55,626 nucleotides of DNA from Planctomycetota bacterium (GTDB lineage: Bacteria > Planctomycetota > Planctomycetia > Planctomycetales > Planctomycetaceae). The notes below the pieces were generated by a model. The model was not told the DNA's origin. It made no database searches and saw nothing but the letters and a program-made list of their open reading frames with translations. Shown here in pieces: positions 25,971 to 37,017 of the stretch. How positions within the stretch are numbered: the stretch's first letter is position 1; every line of letters starts with the position of its first letter. A program made the translations under genes and the position numbers. The stretch is from contig JAYWFM010000230.1 of NCBI GenBank assembly GCA_043778825.1, positions 1-55,626 on the forward strand. The letters are read 5' to 3'.

Positions 25971-27851
25971 ATGTCAACCTCCAAGCAACGAGGCTGGAGT
26001 TTCGGAATTCGCTCGATCGGCTGCTGGGCGACCCTGCTGGTCGCCGGTGCGGTGCCGCTGGCCGCACAAACATCCGCGCCCGCCAGTCCGGCTCCCGCAG
26101 AGGAAGTCCGCGATTCGGAACCGGTGTTTCACGTCATGGCTCCGGAGAGCAAAATCTCCGTCATTCATTTACAGTCGCGGACCCTGGAGTTCTCCAAGCG
26201 GATCAAAGAGGTCGACGGCTTTAATCCCGAGATTTTGAATGTCACTCCCGTCTCGCCCACCAAAATCCGGCTCCGGGCCGAGACCACGGGGGTGACCTCC
26301 ATGACCGTCGTGGATGAGACGGGCGCAATCTACACCGTGGAAGTTTTGGTCGAAGGGGACGTGCGCGAGCTCAAGGCGTACTTGCAGCGGCTGTTCCCCA
26401 GTTCCGTCATCGACGTGGTGTCATTACGGGACAGTGTCGTGCTGCGGGGCTGGGTCACGGATCCCCAATCGATCCCCCAGATCATGGCCATCGCCCGGCA
26501 AATGTACCCGACGGTGCATAACCAGATGCAGGTCGGCGGGGTGAATGTGGTCCAACTGCACGTCAAGATTCTGGAAGTCCAGCGGTCCAAGGTCAAGCAG
26601 TTGGGGTTCAACTTTGTCGCTTCGGGCCAGAAATACGCGCTGGCCAGTACCGTCGGGGGATTGGTCCCCCTGTCAGGCATGACGGCTCCCTTTGGGGGAC
26701 CGCCCGTACCGTCTGTCGGCGCGGCTCTCAATTCGCCATTGCAATTTGCGATCACGGGGAACTCGGACCGCTTTCAAGGCTTCGTCGACGCCCTGACCAA
26801 CGAAGCCCTGGCCAAGGTGCTGGCCGAACCGACGCTCGTCACCACCAGTGGTCGTCCTGCGTCGTTGCTGTCCGGGGGTGAGTTTCCGATTCTGGTGCCG
26901 GGCGGGGTCGGGACCGTTTCGATCCAGTTCCGAGAGTTCGGGGTGCGGATGGAAGCCATTCCGACGGTTCTCGGAAATGGACGATTGAGACTCGATGTGG
27001 CTCCCGAATTCAGCGAACGCGACTTCAGCAGTTCGGTCACCGTCGGGGGATTGGTTGTCCCGGGGATCAATACCCGCCGGGTGAATACCCAGGTGGAAAT
27101 GAACTTTGGGGAAACGATCATGATCGGCGGGCTGATCTCCCAAAAACGCATTACGACATCCACCAAGATCCCGATCCTCGGGGAACTCCCCATCATCGGA
27201 GCCGCCTTCAGCCGCAAGACGCACGAAATGGGAGAAACGGAACTCCTGATCATGGTCACCCCCGAGATGGCCGGGGCCATGCGACCCGACCAGGTGCCGC
27301 ACAATGCTCCCGGCTGGTTGCAGGATGAACCGACCTCCAAGGAACTCTTCCTGGATGGCATGCTCGAAGTCCCCAGCTACGGACCCGACTGCGAAGGGTG
27401 CCAGAACTGCCAGCCCGGTGGGATGAACTATGGCAACGGCATGCCCGGCATGATTCACGAGGGAGCGACCAATTGTGCGCCACTTGAAAATCGGGATCCG
27501 ATCGACTCGCCCCCTCTGGATCCGGACCAGAATCCGCTGCTCCTTCCGACCGATCCTCTCGCCGGAGAGATCCAGACGATGAGCGGACGGACCGGAGATC
27601 GACGAGTGATTCAGGCGGGCGGTGACCCCTTCCGGGTTCCCACCCGCCGCGAGATCCCCGCATCCCACTCTCCCCCCTCCCAGTCCGGTCGAGCCGAGAT
27701 GTCCGAAGATTCAAAACCGGCCACGAGTCACACTCCGAGTCGGTCTCTGCCGGGCCTGATCGGCCCCCTGCGTCCCAATTCCGCCCGCCCCACAGGCTCA
27801 TCACCCACCAAGGCTCCCGCTTCGAAAAGCGTACGCGGCTTGACCCCCTGA
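25971..27851 (+). CDS. cpaC: Tad secretin CpaC/RcpA (type II/III secretion system secretin family) with a long Pro-rich C-terminal tail
   Basis: It has a pilus-formation N-domain (ISVIHLQSRTLEF...VTSMTVVDETGAIYTVEVLV) and the secretin core VLAEPTLVTTSGRPASLLSGGEFPI ... IPILGELPIIGAAFSRK...ETELLIMVTPE. I chose ATG 25971 over 25920. Confidence 0.88.
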   Translation: MSTSKQRGWSFGIRSIGCWATLLVAGAVPLAAQTSAPASPAPAEEVRDSEPVFHVMAPESKISVIHLQSRTLEFSKRIKEVDGFNPEILNVTPVSPTKIRLRAETTGVTSMTVVDETGAIYTVEVLVEGDVRELKAYLQRLFPSSVIDVVSLRDSVVLRGWVTDPQSIPQIMAIARQMYPTVHNQMQVGGVNVVQLHVKILEVQRSKVKQLGFNFVASGQKYALASTVGGLVPLSGMTAPFGGPPVPSVGAALNSPLQFAITGNSDRFQGFVDALTNEALAKVLAEPTLVTTSGRPASLLSGGEFPILVPGGVGTVSIQFREFGVRMEAIPTVLGNGRLRLDVAPEFSERDFSSSVTVGGLVVPGINTRRVNTQVEMNFGETIMIGGLISQKRITTSTKIPILGELPIIGAAFSRKTHEMGETELLIMVTPEMAGAMRPDQVPHNAPGWLQDEPTSKELFLDGMLEVPSYGPDCEGCQNCQPGGMNYGNGMPGMIHEGATNCAPLENRDPIDSPPLDPDQNPLLLPTDPLAGEIQTMSGRTGDRRVIQAGGDPFRVPTRREIPASHSPPSQSGRAEMSEDSKPATSHTPSRSLPGLIGPLRPNSARPTGSSPTKAPASKSVRGLTP

Positions 27852-27992
27852 TTCCCGTCCCACTGTCCCCCGGAGTGAGTGTCCCCGGACGGCTCGCACC
27901 GACTGGGAGAAGTCTCACCTCCTCCTGATTCTCCAACCGTTGATCGAGGGTGCCCCCCGCGTCGCGGACCGTGTCTTTCCAAGGATTTCCTC

Positions 27993-29222
27993 ATGAGCAG
28001 CGTTGTTCGACTGGCGATTGTCGACCCCAACGACGGCTCGCGCGGATCGGTGAAAAACCTTCTGCTGGGCGTCGACAGCGTGTGGCTGGAAGCCGAATGT
28101 TCTCGCTACGAATTCTTTGCGGACCTGGTCTCGCAAACCAAGCCCGACATTGCTTTGGTCAGTCTCGACGCCGACCAGTCCAAAGCTCTGGCTCTCATCG
28201 CCCAGGTCAGTCAGCTCATTCCGAGTTGTCACGTCCTGGTTCTCAGCAAGTCGACGGAAGGCAGCCTGATCTTGCAGGCCATGCGCAATGGGGCGCGTGA
28301 ATTTCTCAATGCCCCGCTCCGCCTCGACGACTTCATGGCCGCGCTCGATCGCTTGCAACTGACGGGGGGAGGTCGCAAGGGGGGAAAATCGGGCGGAAGC
28401 AAGGTCGTGACGATCGTCGGGGCGAGCGGCGGCGTGGGCTGCACCTCGCTGGCCATCAACCTGGCCTGTATCGAGGCCCGCAACAAGGACAACAGCGTCG
28501 GCATCATCGACCTGGACATGGGTCTGGGCGACGCGGATGTGTGGCTCGACATCATCCCCGACTACACCATCCAGGATGTCGCCGACAACATTACGCGGCT
28601 CGACTACTCGCTGCTCAAGCGGTCGTTGACCCAGCACTCCAGCGGAGCGTTCCTGCTCCCGCGTCCGATCCAGATGGATGACCATCCGCCCATCTCACCC
28701 GATCAGTTGCAGCGTGTGGTCGCCCTGCTGAAGGCGACGTTCACGCACCTGATTATCGACGTGAGCAAGAGCTTTTGCCCGCTCGATGTCGCGGCCATGC
28801 AAGTCTCCGACATCGTGCTGTTGGTGACCCAGCTGGACCTGCCCTGCCTGCGAAACGTCGTGCGGATCATGCAGTTCCTGGAGGAGCGCGAACTGGCCGG
28901 CAAGGTCAAGGTGCTGGTTAACCGCATCGGACTGGAAGACAGCCAGATCAGCCTCAACAAGGCCCTCGACACGATCGGGCGCGAGATCTACTGGCAGATT
29001 CCCAACGACTACGCCGCGATGATCGAGTCGCGGAACAACGGCGTGCCCCTCATCGAGCAGGCCCCGAAATCCAAGGCCACCAAAGCCATCGAACTCCTCG
29101 CTCAGCAGATCGATTCCGGGGAGCAGTTCGCCCCCGGTTCCGCAGAAGCCCTGGCTTCCGCGGCAGCCAGTGCCACTGCCGAGAAACCCAAGCGACGGCT
29201 GTTCAGCTTCCTCGGGAAGTAG
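27993..29222 (+). CDS. cpaE: CpaE/TadZ-like pilus assembly protein (receiver-like N-domain + MinD/ParA-type ATPase)
   Basis: The receiver-like N-terminus is VRLAIVDPNDGS...DIALVSLDAD. The deviant Walker A is IVGASGGVGCTSLAINLA. Confidence 0.85.
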   Translation: MSSVVRLAIVDPNDGSRGSVKNLLLGVDSVWLEAECSRYEFFADLVSQTKPDIALVSLDADQSKALALIAQVSQLIPSCHVLVLSKSTEGSLILQAMRNGAREFLNAPLRLDDFMAALDRLQLTGGGRKGGKSGGSKVVTIVGASGGVGCTSLAINLACIEARNKDNSVGIIDLDMGLGDADVWLDIIPDYTIQDVADNITRLDYSLLKRSLTQHSSGAFLLPRPIQMDDHPPISPDQLQRVVALLKATFTHLIIDVSKSFCPLDVAAMQVSDIVLLVTQLDLPCLRNVVRIMQFLEERELAGKVKVLVNRIGLEDSQISLNKALDTIGREIYWQIPNDYAAMIESRNNGVPLIEQAPKSKATKAIELLAQQIDSGEQFAPGSAEALASAAASATAEKPKRRLFSFLGK

Positions 29223-29252
29223 TCGCTCGACATCTCCGGACGGCTCCCCACC

Positions 29253-29281
29253 GTTGGAGTCCAGCCTTTAGGCTGCTCCGG
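29253..29281. repeat. Class D element, half copy
   Basis: GTTGGAGTCCAGCCTTTAGGCTGCTCCGG. The right arm is missing. Confidence 0.75.
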
Positions 29282-29339
29282 TGCTCGGCAACGCACTGTG
29301 TCAAGTGGGGCAACTCTTCCCTGACTGATGACTGAAAAC

Positions 29340-29364
29340 CAACGCACTGGGAATCAGTGCGTTG
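29340..29364 (+). promoter_or_regulatory. Perfect 10-bp stem hairpin (CAACGCACTG-GGAAT-CAGTGCGTTG) between cpaE and the hybrid kinase
   Basis: Read directly from the sequence, 85 nt upstream of the kinase ATG. Its role (terminator, attenuator or operator) is unknown. Confidence 0.35.
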
Positions 29365-29448
29365 CCGTGCCCTCCGATGTCAGTCCCTTGCGAAGTGTCG
29401 GGATACCACAGACAATCTCCTGTCGGGACTGACACAGGAGAATGTTCC

Positions 29449-32340
29449 ATGCTGGAATCTGGGACGCCGCGAGAACTGACTTCACTGCTCGACGAGAATC
29501 GACAGCTGCGGGCTCGTTTCGAAGCCGCCGAGCAGCAGTTGGAGGAGTTGAAAGCCGAGCAGGCCCTGCTCGAAGCGCTGATGGAGACGATACCGGACGA
29601 TATTTATTTCAAGAACCGCGCAGGTCAGTTTCTGCGGATCAACCGCGCGAAGGCGCTCCGCTCGGGGTTGACCGACCCCCGTCAGGCGATCGGGAAGTCC
29701 GACGCGAGTTTCTTTCAGAGCGAGCACGCGGATGCGTCTCTGGCTCAAGAGCAGGAGATCATGCAGAGCGAGACTCCGCTGGTCGATCAAGTCGAGCGAC
29801 TGGTCTGGCCGGATGGTCACATCTCGTGGGTCTCCGCCACCAAGGTTCCGCTCCGCGACCATACCGGGCAGATCATCGGCACGGTCGGCATCTCGCGGGA
29901 CATCACGAAACATCACGACACCGAAGAGGCCCTGCATGTCGAACGCGACCGCCTGCGAACCCTGATCGACAACCTGCCCGATCACATCTTTATCAAGGAC
30001 CGCGACGGTCGGTTTATGACCGTCAATTCCACGCTGGTGTTCTCGCTCGGGAAACAGTCGGAATCCGAACTCTTGGGGCTCTCTGATCGCGATATCTTCG
30101 AACTGGAGATGGCGAAGAGATTCGAGATCGACGATCAGCGGGTGATCAAGACCGGGGTGATGCTCTTCAATCGCGAAGAGGAACTGGCCACGACCGATGG
30201 ATTTCGCCGCACGATCCTGACGACGAAGGTGCCGCTCCGCTCCAAGACAGGCGACATCATCGGACTCGTCGGCATCTGCCGCGATATCACCGAACGCAAG
30301 CTGGCGGAAGAAGAGCTGCAACGGGCCAAGGAGGCGGCCGAAGTCGCCAATCGCGCCAAGAGCGACTTCCTGGCCAACATGAGCCACGAAATCCGCACCC
30401 CCATGAACGCCGTCATCGGCATGACCGAATTGCTATTGGGTTCCGAGATCCAAGCGGAGCAGCGCGACTACCTGGAAACCATTCGAGACGCCGCCGACTC
30501 CCTGATGGGCGTCATCAACGACATCCTCGACTTCTCGAAGATCGAATCCGGCAAGTTTGAACTCGATAACTACCCGATCGAAGTCCGCGAGTGGCTCGGA
30601 GATACCGTCCGCACGTTGGGAGTCCGCGCCCACGCCAAACACATCGAACTGGCCTTCGACATCGACGATGCGGTGCCCCAATTCGTCCTCGGCGATGGTC
30701 TGCGCTTGCGGCAGATCATCCTCAACCTGGTCGGTAACGCGATCAAGTTCACCGAGCAGGGCGAGGTCTTTGTCTCCGTGAAAGCGGCCCAGCTGACCGA
30801 AGACCACGTCCAACTGCACTTCTCGGTCTCCGACACCGGGATCGGCATGACCCCCGAACAACAGTCCCGCGTGTTCCAGGCGTTCGAGCAGGCCGACACC
30901 TCCATGACCCGCCGTTACGGCGGCACGGGCCTCGGACTCTCCATCTCGTCCCGACTCGTCTCACTCATGGGGGGCCGCCTCAATGTCCACAGTCAGCCGG
31001 GACAGGGCAGCACCTTTGAATTCCTGGTCAACTTCGCGAAACCTGCCGTGTCCGCGCCGGACAAGCCGCGGTCTCTCGATCTGGAGTTGCTCACGGGCCT
31101 GCGCGTCCTCATCGTCGACGACAACGACACCAACCGCCGGATCTTGTTGCGCATGTGCCAGAACTGGCGCATGACCCCCATCGCCGTCGCCGACGCCACT
31201 GCCGCCCTGGACCAGCTGCGGAAGGCCAGCGAGACCGGTCCGCCGTTCGACTTGGTCCTGACCGATGCCAGCATGCCCGACATCGACGGCTTCACGCTCG
31301 CCTCGCACATCCAGCAGGACCGCAAGATCGGCAGCGTGGTGGTGATGATGCTCACCTCGCTGGATCAAACACACGGGGCCAAAGACCTCGAACGACTCGG
31401 AATCAAATCGTTCCTCGTCAAGCCGGTCAAGCAGTCCGATCTGCTCGATGCCATCATGCTCGCCATGGATGGCCGGCGCAGCGACAGCCCCGCCCCCGTC
31501 GAGATCCAGCAGACCGCCGCCCAACTGCCTCCGCTCCAGGTGCTGCTGGCCGAGGACAGCCTCGCCAACCAGAAGCTGGCCATCGGACTCCTCAAGCGCT
31601 GGGGCCATACCGTCACCGTTGCCAACAATGGTCGCGAGGCAGTCGCCCTCGCGTCGCAGCGGAAGTTCGATCTGATCCTGATGGATGTGCAGATGCCGGA
31701 GATGGACGGCATGGAGGCGACCGCCCTGATTCAACAACGGCAGGCCCAGACCGGCCAGCGCGTCCCGATCATCGCCATGACAGCCCATGCCATGAAGGGG
31801 GACAAGGAACGCTGTCTGGAAGCGGGCATGGATGCCTATGTCTCCAAACCCGTCCGACCGAATGATCTGCTGGCGGCGATGCTGCCGTTCTTTACACCGG
31901 GCGCAGAGGCCCCCGCCCGGCTCCTTCCCGTGGCCCCGTCTCAACGCACCCGGCCAGTCTCCACTCCGTCTGTCGCGCACGAGGTGCCCCCGGATGCCCG
32001 CGTGGACTGGGCCGCCGCCCGCGTGATTGTTCTGCAAGATGAGGATCTGCTGCGCGAGATTGTCGACGCTTTCTTATCGGAGGCCGAATCGCTCGCAGTC
32101 GAATTATCCAAGGCTCTCACCTCGGCGAATGCGCGCGAGGTCGCCCGCTTGGCCCACACGCTCAAGAGCAACCTGCGGACCTTCGGCGTGCCCTGTGCTG
32201 ACGACATGCAGACCATCGAACTCTCCGCCAAGTCCGGTCACCTCGACCCCGTAAAAACCCTCTGGCCCGAAGTCCGCCCGCTCATCACGCAAGTCGTGGA
32301 GCAGATGCAGGCGTACCTGGCTGGCCCCCGCTCCCATTGA
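29449..32340 (+). CDS. Hybrid sensor histidine kinase/response regulator (coiled coil, 2 PAS, HisKA, HATPase_c, 2 REC, Hpt)
   Basis: It has the H-box [11 protein letters not shown] and the G-boxes GTGLGLSIS. There are two receiver domains ([12 protein letters not shown]...[11 protein letters not shown] and [12 protein letters not shown]...[11 protein letters not shown]) and an Hpt domain ([11 protein letters not shown]). ATG 29449 is preceded by AGGAG. Confidence 0.9.
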   Translation: MLESGTPRELTSLLDENRQLRARFEAAEQQLEELKAEQALLEALMETIPDDIYFKNRAGQFLRINRAKALRSGLTDPRQAIGKSDASFFQSEHADASLAQEQEIMQSETPLVDQVERLVWPDGHISWVSATKVPLRDHTGQIIGTVGISRDITKHHDTEEALHVERDRLRTLIDNLPDHIFIKDRDGRFMTVNSTLVFSLGKQSESELLGLSDRDIFELEMAKRFEIDDQRVIKTGVMLFNREEELATTDGFRRTILTTKVPLRSKTGDIIGLVGICRDITERKLAEEELQRAKEAAEVANRAKSDFLANMSHEIRTPMNAVIGMTELLLGSEIQAEQRDYLETIRDAADSLMGVINDILDFSKIESGKFELDNYPIEVREWLGDTVRTLGVRAHAKHIELAFDIDDAVPQFVLGDGLRLRQIILNLVGNAIKFTEQGEVFVSVKAAQLTEDHVQLHFSVSDTGIGMTPEQQSRVFQAFEQADTSMTRRYGGTGLGLSISSRLVSLMGGRLNVHSQPGQGSTFEFLVNFAKPAVSAPDKPRSLDLELLTGLRVLIVDDNDTNRRILLRMCQNWRMTPIAVADATAALDQLRKASETGPPFDLVLTDASMPDIDGFTLASHIQQDRKIGSVVVMMLTSLDQTHGAKDLERLGIKSFLVKPVKQSDLLDAIMLAMDGRRSDSPAPVEIQQTAAQLPPLQVLLAEDSLANQKLAIGLLKRWGHTVTVANNGREAVALASQRKFDLILMDVQMPEMDGMEATALIQQRQAQTGQRVPIIAMTAHAMKGDKERCLEAGMDAYVSKPVRPNDLLAAMLPFFTPGAEAPARLLPVAPSQRTRPVSTPSVAHEVPPDARVDWAAARVIVLQDEDLLREIVDAFLSEAESLAVELSKALTSANAREVARLAHTLKSNLRTFGVPCADDMQTIELSAKSGHLDPVKTLWPEVRPLITQVVEQMQAYLAGPRSH

Positions 32341-32400
32341 TCGCTCGACAGGGCCGCGGAGATCGAACACACTCGGGCACCCTGTTCGTCACCCGCCCCT

Positions 32401-32438
32401 CAGACTTCCGAAGTCTCCGAAGACTTCGGAAGTCTTTC
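32401..32438. repeat. Class K palindrome, copy 2
   Basis: CAGACTTCCGAAGTCTCCGAAGACTTCGGAAGTCTTTC. Confidence 0.8.
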
Positions 32439-32459
32439 CGTCGCGCCCGCTGACTGCCC

Positions 32460-33363
<904 letters not shown>

Positions 33364-33371
<8 letters not shown>

Positions 33372-34010
33372 TCCGAAATCGTCGAGTGCGAGACACACTT
33401 TGTGATTGTCGCCAGCCTCCCACGCCAGGTTCGTCAAGATGATCCTCCTTCGCGGGCCAGCCTGAGAGGTCCGACGGACTTCCGAGTCCGTCGCTCTCCG
33501 AGGTGTTTCGCACGGACGGACGAGGACATCCGTCCCACGAAATGCCGATCATCCCCCGCTCCCCTCTTCATGATTTTGTTCCCATGATTTTGTGAACCTC
33601 ATCCCTCCCCCCGGTCGCGGAAACGTGCCTTGGATCAGGAATCACAAAATCATGAACCACAAAATCATGGGCAGCCTTGAGGTTCCGACGCTGCCTCATG
33701 CCGCACTTCGGACACCCGAGACCGTTCATGACCCCGGTCTGCAACGTGCGTCTCGCACTCGAAATCGTCGAGTGTGCGACGCACTTTGTGATTGTCACTG
33801 GCCCCCCCATTCACAGTCTCCCCATGATTTTGTACTTCATGATTTTGTGAATCTCTTCCTGTCGACTCCGGAAAGTCAGAGGGGAACAAAATCATGAGGA
33901 ACAAAATCATGAAGAGGCTCCTCACGTCCGCTGTCCCACGGAGTCGGACGCATTGTTATTCTCTCGATTCGCCAAGTCAGCAAAGTGCGTCTCGCACTCG
34001 AAATCGTCTC
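33364..34010. repeat. Complex nested repeat region: 3 copies of the hairpin TCGCACTCGAAATCGTCGAGTG(C/T)GA(+CACTTTGTGATTGTC) and 8 copies of the 11-mer CATGATTTTGT in four tandem pairs forming two long convergent (hairpin) sets
   Basis: The 11-mer lies at 33569, 33583 (+), 33644, 33659 (-), 33823, 33837 (+), 33886 and 33901 (-). The hairpin module lies at 33364-33402, 33742-33798 and 33981-34010. Confidence 0.85.
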
Positions 34011-34194
34011 ACCGGCCAAACTCCTCTTTTCCCGTTTTGCAAGAACTGCTAAGAACCCGTCCGTCGTGCGGCAATTCTTGCCGATGAGGACGATTCCCTT
34101 CCCGGATGGAGGGGGCTGGTCACGACAAATGCGATGCGGACTGTGGCAGCCAGACGGGTGAACTCCCGCCCAGGCTGCCAGGGAAAGGACTCCC

Positions 34195-36774
34195 ATGCCG
34201 ACTCTACTCCTGAAACTCCTGGCTCTCTCCGGCGTCATCTCCGCAGGCTGTTTTGCCGTGTGGAAGGCCAACTCCGAACTCCAGCCGACCGTGGCTGCGG
34301 TTCCTTCGCAATTCACGGCGCTCGAAGGCGAGCCCGCCGAGGGAGTGGGTCTGGGCGGGCAACCGATCCCGAAATCGGCCTCGTCACTGCCGGTGACTGA
34401 AGAGCCGGAACCGGTGGCGGACAATCTCCTGGCACTGGCAGATCCCGCCTTTTCCGGAGGGGCATTCGAGGCCGAAGAACCCACTCCGCGCGGCATGCCC
34501 GCGTCGTTCCCACCCGAGCAGGACGAGCCCTCGCTCGCCGAGACCCCCGAGCCGACCGCAGCCGAACCGGGCGTCTCTTCGCTCGAGGTTCTCGAAGCCT
34601 CCGAGGTCTCCGCTCCCGAACCTCGCGGACGAACGCCAGGAGGGGCCGCGGCGAAGTTTCCCCTCCCAAAATCCGGCGCTCTGCGTCAGTTCCCTAAAGA
34701 CATCGGACCGCCCGTGCTGATGACGATCCCCAAGTCCGTTCCGCCCCAGAGCGCCGCCTCCATGGCGTTGCCTCGCAGCCGGACTCCCAGTCGCATCGTC
34801 CCGGCGAATGACGAAGTACTGGTCGAGTCCGAACTGGAACTGGTCCCCGATGCGGGCGAAGTGCCCGCGCCTCCCGGCGAGCTGTCCGAGTTGCCGGAGA
34901 ACTCCCACATCATCCCAGCGTCCGATGAGCTGGGTGCCGCACAGCCCGGGGTTCCGAGCCCCCTGTCGAGTGGACGATCTCGCGGCCCCGTCGTCCGTCA
35001 ACCCGAGACCGTGGCTGTTCCCGACCCGGACACAGAGACCTTCGATGTCTCGAACCCCAGTCCGATCCCTGAGCCTGCTGCGGTCGAAGAACCAGAGCCC
35101 GTGGACACTGCCCCGGAACTCAGCCCCTTCGCTCCCCGCAATCGGTCCTCAGTCCCGACTCCCGTCAAGGAGGTGCCCCCCGTCGAAGAAGTGACTCCCG
35201 TCGAGATCGAGTCCGAACCGGCTCCGCTGAATCTGGCACCGAACCGACGGCCCGCGCGCACTCCCACGCATACCCACGCCATCGGGGAGGATCTCGACAC
35301 CACCCCCCCGGTCCGGTCTTCCATCCCGTCCACCGCGACTCCCTCGCGACCGATCACGCCCGAGATGCTGATCGGCGACGCCACGGTCGAAGACCCGCTG
35401 CTGACCCCCACGCAACAGCCTCAACTGCGCATCGAGAAGAAAGCCCAGGCCGAAGCCGAGGTCGGTGAGAAGTTCGTCTACGAGATCATCGTGCAGAACG
35501 TCGGTTCCGTCCCCGCCCAGTACGTTGTGGTCGAAGAGCGGATTCCCAAGGGCACCCGCATGGAGATGTCCCAGCCCCAGGCCCACATCGGTCGCGACCG
35601 CATCCTCCGCTGGGAATTGCAGACGATGCAGCCCAACACTCAGAAGATCATCAAGGTCCAAGTCACCCCGCTGGAGGCCGGTCCGATCGGCAGCGTGGCG
35701 ACCGTCCGCTTCGCCGCCCAGGTCGCGACCAAGACCATGGTGACAGCCCCGACGTTGTCCTTGTCGATCAAGCATCCGCCCGAAGTCGCAGTCGGCGAGC
35801 TGGTGCCCGTCAAGTTTGTGATTACGAACTCCGGCACAGGCACGGCCCGCAAGGCCTCGCTGCGAGCCGTGTTGCAGGAGGGTCTGCACCATCCGGCGGG
35901 CCTCGATCTCGACCAGGATCTGGGCACGCTGGCACCGGGCCAGTCGAAGGAGATTGATCTGACCGTGACCGCGTCCGAGCAGGGGCGGTACACGCCGCAT
36001 GTCATCATCACCGCCAACGGGATCGAGCAGGAAAACCGCACGCTCGATCTGAGCGTGATCGAGTCGCGTCTGACGCTCAGCCGGGAAGGCCATGTCCGCC
36101 GGTTCGTCAACCGACCCGCCGAGTTTGTGACCAGGGTCACCAACCACTCTGTCGAGACAATGAAGGATGTCATCATCACGGAGCAACTCCCGGAAGGCGT
36201 GACCCCCGTGGGCGAGATGGGGAAGTTCCACTGGACTCCCAAGGACCGCACCGTCACCTGGAAGGTGTCGGAACTCGGGCCCGGCCAGCACTCCGATCTG
36301 AAGCTCTCGGTCGTCTCGGCCCGCGCGGGATCGCTGACCGGCAAGGTGCAAGCGGTGACTGCCTCGGGCCATCGGGCCGAGTTGCCGACGGAACTCGAAG
36401 TCCAGGGGTTCTCCTCGCTGACGCTCGATTTCCAGGGGGATGGCAAGGCGGTGGCCGTCGGGGACCAGGTCTCGATGCGCGTCACCGTGGGCAACCGCGG
36501 CAGCGCCCCCGCCAAGCAGGTCCAGGCTCTGTTCGAACTCCCCCCCCAAATGACCTTTGTGGCCGCCAAGGGATCGGACAACGTCAAAGCCACCCGCGAA
36601 GGGAACCTCGTGACCTTCGACGTGTTGGAGGAACTCGCTCCGAACTCGAACCAGACGTACGACATCGTGCTGATCGCAGCCCAGGAAGGCACTCCGCTGG
36701 TGGGGGTCGAACTCCTCAGCACCGACCTGCCCAAGTCGATCCACCAGGAAGAAGCGGTGACGATTACGCCGTAA
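34195..36774 (+). CDS. Large surface protein: N-terminal anchor, approx. 400-aa Pro/Glu-rich disordered region, then DUF11 (conserved repeat domain) Ig-like repeats
   Basis: The repeated pattern is VGEKFVYEIIVQNVGSVPAQYVVVEERIPKG, VGELVPVKFVITNSGTGTARKASLRAVLQEGL, FVTRVTNHSVETMKDVIITEQLPEGV and VGDQVSMRVTVGNRGSAPAKQVQALFELPPQM. Confidence 0.85.
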   Translation: MPTLLLKLLALSGVISAGCFAVWKANSELQPTVAAVPSQFTALEGEPAEGVGLGGQPIPKSASSLPVTEEPEPVADNLLALADPAFSGGAFEAEEPTPRGMPASFPPEQDEPSLAETPEPTAAEPGVSSLEVLEASEVSAPEPRGRTPGGAAAKFPLPKSGALRQFPKDIGPPVLMTIPKSVPPQSAASMALPRSRTPSRIVPANDEVLVESELELVPDAGEVPAPPGELSELPENSHIIPASDELGAAQPGVPSPLSSGRSRGPVVRQPETVAVPDPDTETFDVSNPSPIPEPAAVEEPEPVDTAPELSPFAPRNRSSVPTPVKEVPPVEEVTPVEIESEPAPLNLAPNRRPARTPTHTHAIGEDLDTTPPVRSSIPSTATPSRPITPEMLIGDATVEDPLLTPTQQPQLRIEKKAQAEAEVGEKFVYEIIVQNVGSVPAQYVVVEERIPKGTRMEMSQPQAHIGRDRILRWELQTMQPNTQKIIKVQVTPLEAGPIGSVATVRFAAQVATKTMVTAPTLSLSIKHPPEVAVGELVPVKFVITNSGTGTARKASLRAVLQEGLHHPAGLDLDQDLGTLAPGQSKEIDLTVTASEQGRYTPHVIITANGIEQENRTLDLSVIESRLTLSREGHVRRFVNRPAEFVTRVTNHSVETMKDVIITEQLPEGVTPVGEMGKFHWTPKDRTVTWKVSELGPGQHSDLKLSVVSARAGSLTGKVQAVTASGHRAELPTELEVQGFSSLTLDFQGDGKAVAVGDQVSMRVTVGNRGSAPAKQVQALFELPPQMTFVAAKGSDNVKATREGNLVTFDVLEELAPNSNQTYDIVLIAAQEGTPLVGVELLSTDLPKSIHQEEAVTITP

Positions 36775-36836
36775 CGTAAAACGGAATTCATTCCGTTCCC
36801 GACGAACGTAGAACGGAACTTATTCCGTTTTACACG
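36775..36836. repeat. Class E REP-like dimer (CGTAAAACGGAATTCATTCCGTTCC...CGTAGAACGGAACTTATTCCGTTTTACACG)
   Basis: It starts immediately after the DUF11 gene stop. Confidence 0.85.
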
Positions 36837-37017
36837 CCCCCGATCATTGGTCGGGGGCGTGTGTGATGATTTCGTGAAGACACACATCTCCGACGTTATT
36901 CATCGATTTTCTACGCAGGCTTCTCCGTGTCCTCACATCGGTCGCGAACATACGTCCTTCGAGGGCCGTTGTGTTGTTCAGCGGCTGAACCGTGTGAGGA
37001 AAACCGGAGGAAGACCG

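Noticed and set aside
29362-29448. A TTG-initiated 29-aa extension of the hybrid kinase.
   Set aside because: It overlaps the perfect hairpin at 29340-29364 and lacks an RBS. ATG 29449 has an AGGAG at proper spacing.
33566-33913. Possible CRISPR-like array, because of regularly repeated CATGATTTTGT units.
   Set aside because: The repeat unit is only 11 nt. Copies occur in both orientations as convergent pairs. The 'spacers' are 3-4 nt or form part of hairpin loops, and no cas genes are nearby. The structure fits hairpin or binding-site repeats, not CRISPR.
35149-36744. Long antisense or alternative-frame ORFs overlapping confident genes (for example 35149-36744, 35640-36887, 19133-20737, 21446-22705, 40772-42154, 48970-50022, 7132-8190, 14013-15176, 32400-33437, 30961-32037).
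   Set aside because: These are typical high-GC shadow ORFs. They are Arg/Pro/Gly-rich, carry no motifs, and each lies entirely within a gene that has clear family signatures on the other strand or frame.
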